A stretch of DNA of 32,000 nucleotides from Promethearchaeum syntrophicum (GTDB taxonomy: Archaea; Asgardarchaeota; Lokiarchaeia; Sigyniarchaeales; Promethearchaeaceae), in contig NZ_CP042905.2 of the NCBI RefSeq assembly GCF_008000775.2, positions 420,001 to 452,000 on the forward strand, written 5' to 3'. The position numbers were made by a program, and so were the translations under genes. How positions within the stretch are numbered: the stretch's first letter is position 1; every line of letters begins with the position of its first letter. The notes under the pieces were generated by a model. That model made no database searches. It was not told where the DNA came from and saw nothing but the letters and a program-made list of their open reading frames with translations. This document shows, one piece after another, positions 30,030-32,000 of the stretch.

Positions 30030-31574
30030 TTAAATAGAAAATTTTGCTAATTCATCATAGATACCTGTTCTATTTAATTTATCATATAAATTTTCAGATA
30101 TTTTAAATAATTTAGCATATCTCTCTGTATTATTAGGGTTTGGGGTCCATTTCTTGTTTATTTTTACCATATTTTCTGCTGCTTTTATAAGATCACTAAA
30201 TTCACCTGCACCATAACTTGCTAATATTGATGCACCAACAGCTGTAGATTCTTCAAGTTCACCTCTACCACAAGGAATTCCTAAAACATCTGCCATAATT
30301 TGATTCCATAAATTACTTCGAGATCCCCCTCCAGTGATTCTCATTTCACTTGGATTCATTCCTAAAGACTGGAAAACATTTAATGATTTCTTCACTTCCA
30401 TGGCAACTCCTTCTAAAACAGCTCTGTAAAGATCAGCGGTTTTATGGCCTAAAGTTAATCCTAAAATTACCCCGCGAGCATAAGGGTTCCAATGTGGAGC
30501 TCCTGCACCGATAAAATGAGGAATTAACACCAATCCATTTGCTCCTACAGGTGATGTTTCCGCTTTTTTAGTTATTAATTCATAAGGATCAATTTTTCTT
30601 CCCATTTCTAATTCTTTTTCTGCTTTAAGTCTCTCTTCAGCTCCAATATTATCACGGAACCAACGTAAAACTGCTCCGCTGGTAAAAATGGAAGCTTCTT
30701 GAACCCATTTACCTGGAATTGCTGCACAACTACATAAAACTCGTTTATCTTTATCAAATGTTGGTTTATCTAGATAACCTAATATGAAAGATCCAGTTCC
30801 TGTTGTGCATTTCATTCTACCGGATTTTACAACTCCAACTCCTAATGCAGCACATTGCTGATCCCCTCCCCCTGTAATCACTTTTGTTTTGGTCGAAAAA
30901 CCAGTATTTGAAGAAATTATATTACCAATTTCTTTTCCTGAAGGTAATGCTTCGGGCATTTTATCCAGATCAATTCCCATAAGACTTCCAATTGAATCTG
31001 ACCATTTTAAGGAATTTATATCAAATAACATTGTTCTTGATGCATTAGAATGATCCGTGATATATTTTCCAGTTAATTTATATAATATATAATCATGAAC
31101 TAAAAGAAATTTGTATGTTTTCGAATAAATCTCAGGTTTGTGATTTTTAAACCATAGGATTTTAGATCCAGAAAAATAAGGATCAACCGTAAGACCTGTT
31201 GTGTTATATATTTTATCAATACCAATATTTCCTTTAATCCAATTACATTCTTCTGTGGTTCTTCGATCTTGCCATACAATTGCGTTAAAAAGTGGTTCTC
31301 CATTAGAGTCAACTGGGACAATAGTTTCTCTTTGGTTCGTGATTGCAACACTTAAAATATCGTCTCGATCAATTTTCGCATTTTTTATGGCATTCACTAT
31401 TGTTTTTTTAACAGCTTTCCACCATAAATCTGCATCTTGTTCAACCATAACAGTTGTTGGGTAAAAAGATTCCCATTCCTCGTAATCCCGGCCATGTTCA
31501 TTACCAGCTAAATCAAAAATTATACATCTGGTACCAGTTGTTCCAATATCTAAAGCAGCTACATATTTGCTCAT
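30030..31574 (-). CDS. FGGY-family carbohydrate kinase (glycerol-kinase-like)
   Basis: N-terminal ALDIGTTGTRCIIFD is the FGGY phosphate-1 motif. ITNQRETIVPVD and NAIVWQDRRT are strongly GlpK-like. The C-terminal ITGGGSRSNLWNQIMADVLG is FGGY signature 2. Confidence 0.85.
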   Translation of the reverse strand: MSKYVAALDIGTTGTRCIIFDLAGNEHGRDYEEWESFYPTTVMVEQDADLWWKAVKKTIVNAIKNAKIDRDDILSVAITNQRETIVPVDSNGEPLFNAIVWQDRRTTEECNWIKGNIGIDKIYNTTGLTVDPYFSGSKILWFKNHKPEIYSKTYKFLLVHDYILYKLTGKYITDHSNASRTMLFDINSLKWSDSIGSLMGIDLDKMPEALPSGKEIGNIISSNTGFSTKTKVITGGGDQQCAALGVGVVKSGRMKCTTGTGSFILGYLDKPTFDKDKRVLCSCAAIPGKWVQEASIFTSGAVLRWFRDNIGAEERLKAEKELEMGRKIDPYELITKKAETSPVGANGLVLIPHFIGAGAPHWNPYARGVILGLTLGHKTADLYRAVLEGVAMEVKKSLNVFQSLGMNPSEMRITGGGSRSNLWNQIMADVLGIPCGRGELEESTAVGASILASYGAGEFSDLIKAAENMVKINKKWTPNPNNTERYAKLFKISENLYDKLNRTGIYDELAKFSI

Positions 31575-31684
31575 TTTTTTTTCACTAAGAATGATATTTA
31601 AGAATAGTAGGTTCGAAGGTTATAATAAGTATAATGTCAAAATTTTAATTATTATCTTAAAAATTAAAAAAAGGGATATCAATT

Positions 31685-32000
31685 ATGAATATTGAAAATA
31701 TAGATCAAATTCTCGCTGAAAAAGAATTGGCTGAAAAAGAAATTAGCAATATAAAGGAAAACTTTGGAGTTAAGAAGAAAGAAGCAGAAGAAAATGCTAG
31801 TAAGGAATTGGATGGTATCAATACAAAATACAGTTCTGTTTTATCCATCGCTGAAAAAAATCTTGAGATAAAGAAAGGTAATCATGAAGAAGCCATAAAA
31901 AAATTATCAATGGCTAAGAAAGAGTTGATGGATGCTATGAATTCACATAAAGAAATTGGATCATCCTTTAAAAAAGCAAAACATGATTATGATAAAAAAT
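31685..32000 (+). CDS. Hypothetical coiled-coil protein, 3' end beyond the window
   Basis: The ATG at 31685 is preceded by aaaaaggga. The frame stays open to the window end (MNIENIDQILAEKELAEKEISNIKENFGVKKKEAEENASKELDGINTKYSSVLSIAEKNLEIKKGNHEEAIKKLSMAKKELMDAMNSHKEIGSSFKKAKHDYDKK). Confidence 0.5.
   Translation, partial: MNIENIDQILAEKELAEKEISNIKENFGVKKKEAEENASKELDGINTKYSSVLSIAEKNLEIKKGNHEEAIKKLSMAKKELMDAMNSHKEIGSSFKKAKHDYDKK

Noticed and set aside
13648-31464. Other short track ORFs nested in larger genes: 6459..6647, 13648..13875, 15743..15943, 20783..20989, 21312..21500, 21955..22182, 23316..23588, 27577..27768, 29343..29531, 31100..31351 and 31201..31464.
   Set aside because: Each overlaps, or lies mostly within, a longer motif-supported gene in another frame or strand, and each shows low-complexity composition.
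1-32000. A search by eye for tRNA, rRNA, CRISPR, integrase or transposase genes, and for Rad50 or NurA genes.
   Set aside because: I recognised no T-loop or acceptor-stem pattern, no rRNA-like conserved block, no spacer-containing repeat array, and no DDE, tyrosine or serine recombinase motif. I also found no ABC-ATPase-with-zinc-hook ORF. Absence judged by eye is not proof; tRNAscan, Infernal and HMM scans should confirm it.

Overview
This is an AT-rich archaeal chromosomal segment with about 24 supportable protein-coding genes. I found no rRNA, tRNA, CRISPR array, transposase or integrase.

Gene content: an archaeal histone, proteasome alpha subunit, a HerA/Mre11-type module, a Tes-like radical SAM enzyme, an Mrp/NBP35 ATPase, a PAP2 phosphatase and an FGGY kinase. 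There are also eukaryote-like signature proteins: an Arf/Rag-like small GTPase fused to a roadblock-like domain, and an Rpn10/p44-like vWA protein with two RING/PHD-like zinc fingers. Together these point to an Asgard (Lokiarchaeia-like) genome. That assignment is inference from gene content and composition only.

Main second-look items:
1. A minus-strand operon of ribbon-helix-helix regulator, HerA-like ATPase with a long C-terminal coiled coil, and Mre11/SbcD-like nuclease. It lacks Rad50 and NurA. It has a second RHH copy without a canonical start upstream and a membrane-anchored PD-(D/E)xK-like protein convergent to it.
2. A two-gene AAA_5 (MoxR/NorQ-like) ATPase plus 675-aa TraB/GumN-like (possibly DUF5682-like) operon. 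The ATPase carries a very long D/E-rich tail.
3. The vWA plus double cross-brace zinc-finger protein, lying between psmA and the GTPase.
4. A visibly G+C-richer BspA/DUF285-type surface-protein gene bracketed by near-identical direct repeats, with perfect internal 150-nt and 75-nt tandem duplications.
5. One intact histone gene followed by two decayed tandem copies, next to a protein with a lysine-rich H1-tail-like region and an FHA-like domain.

All family calls come from motif reading by eye. None has been checked against a database.
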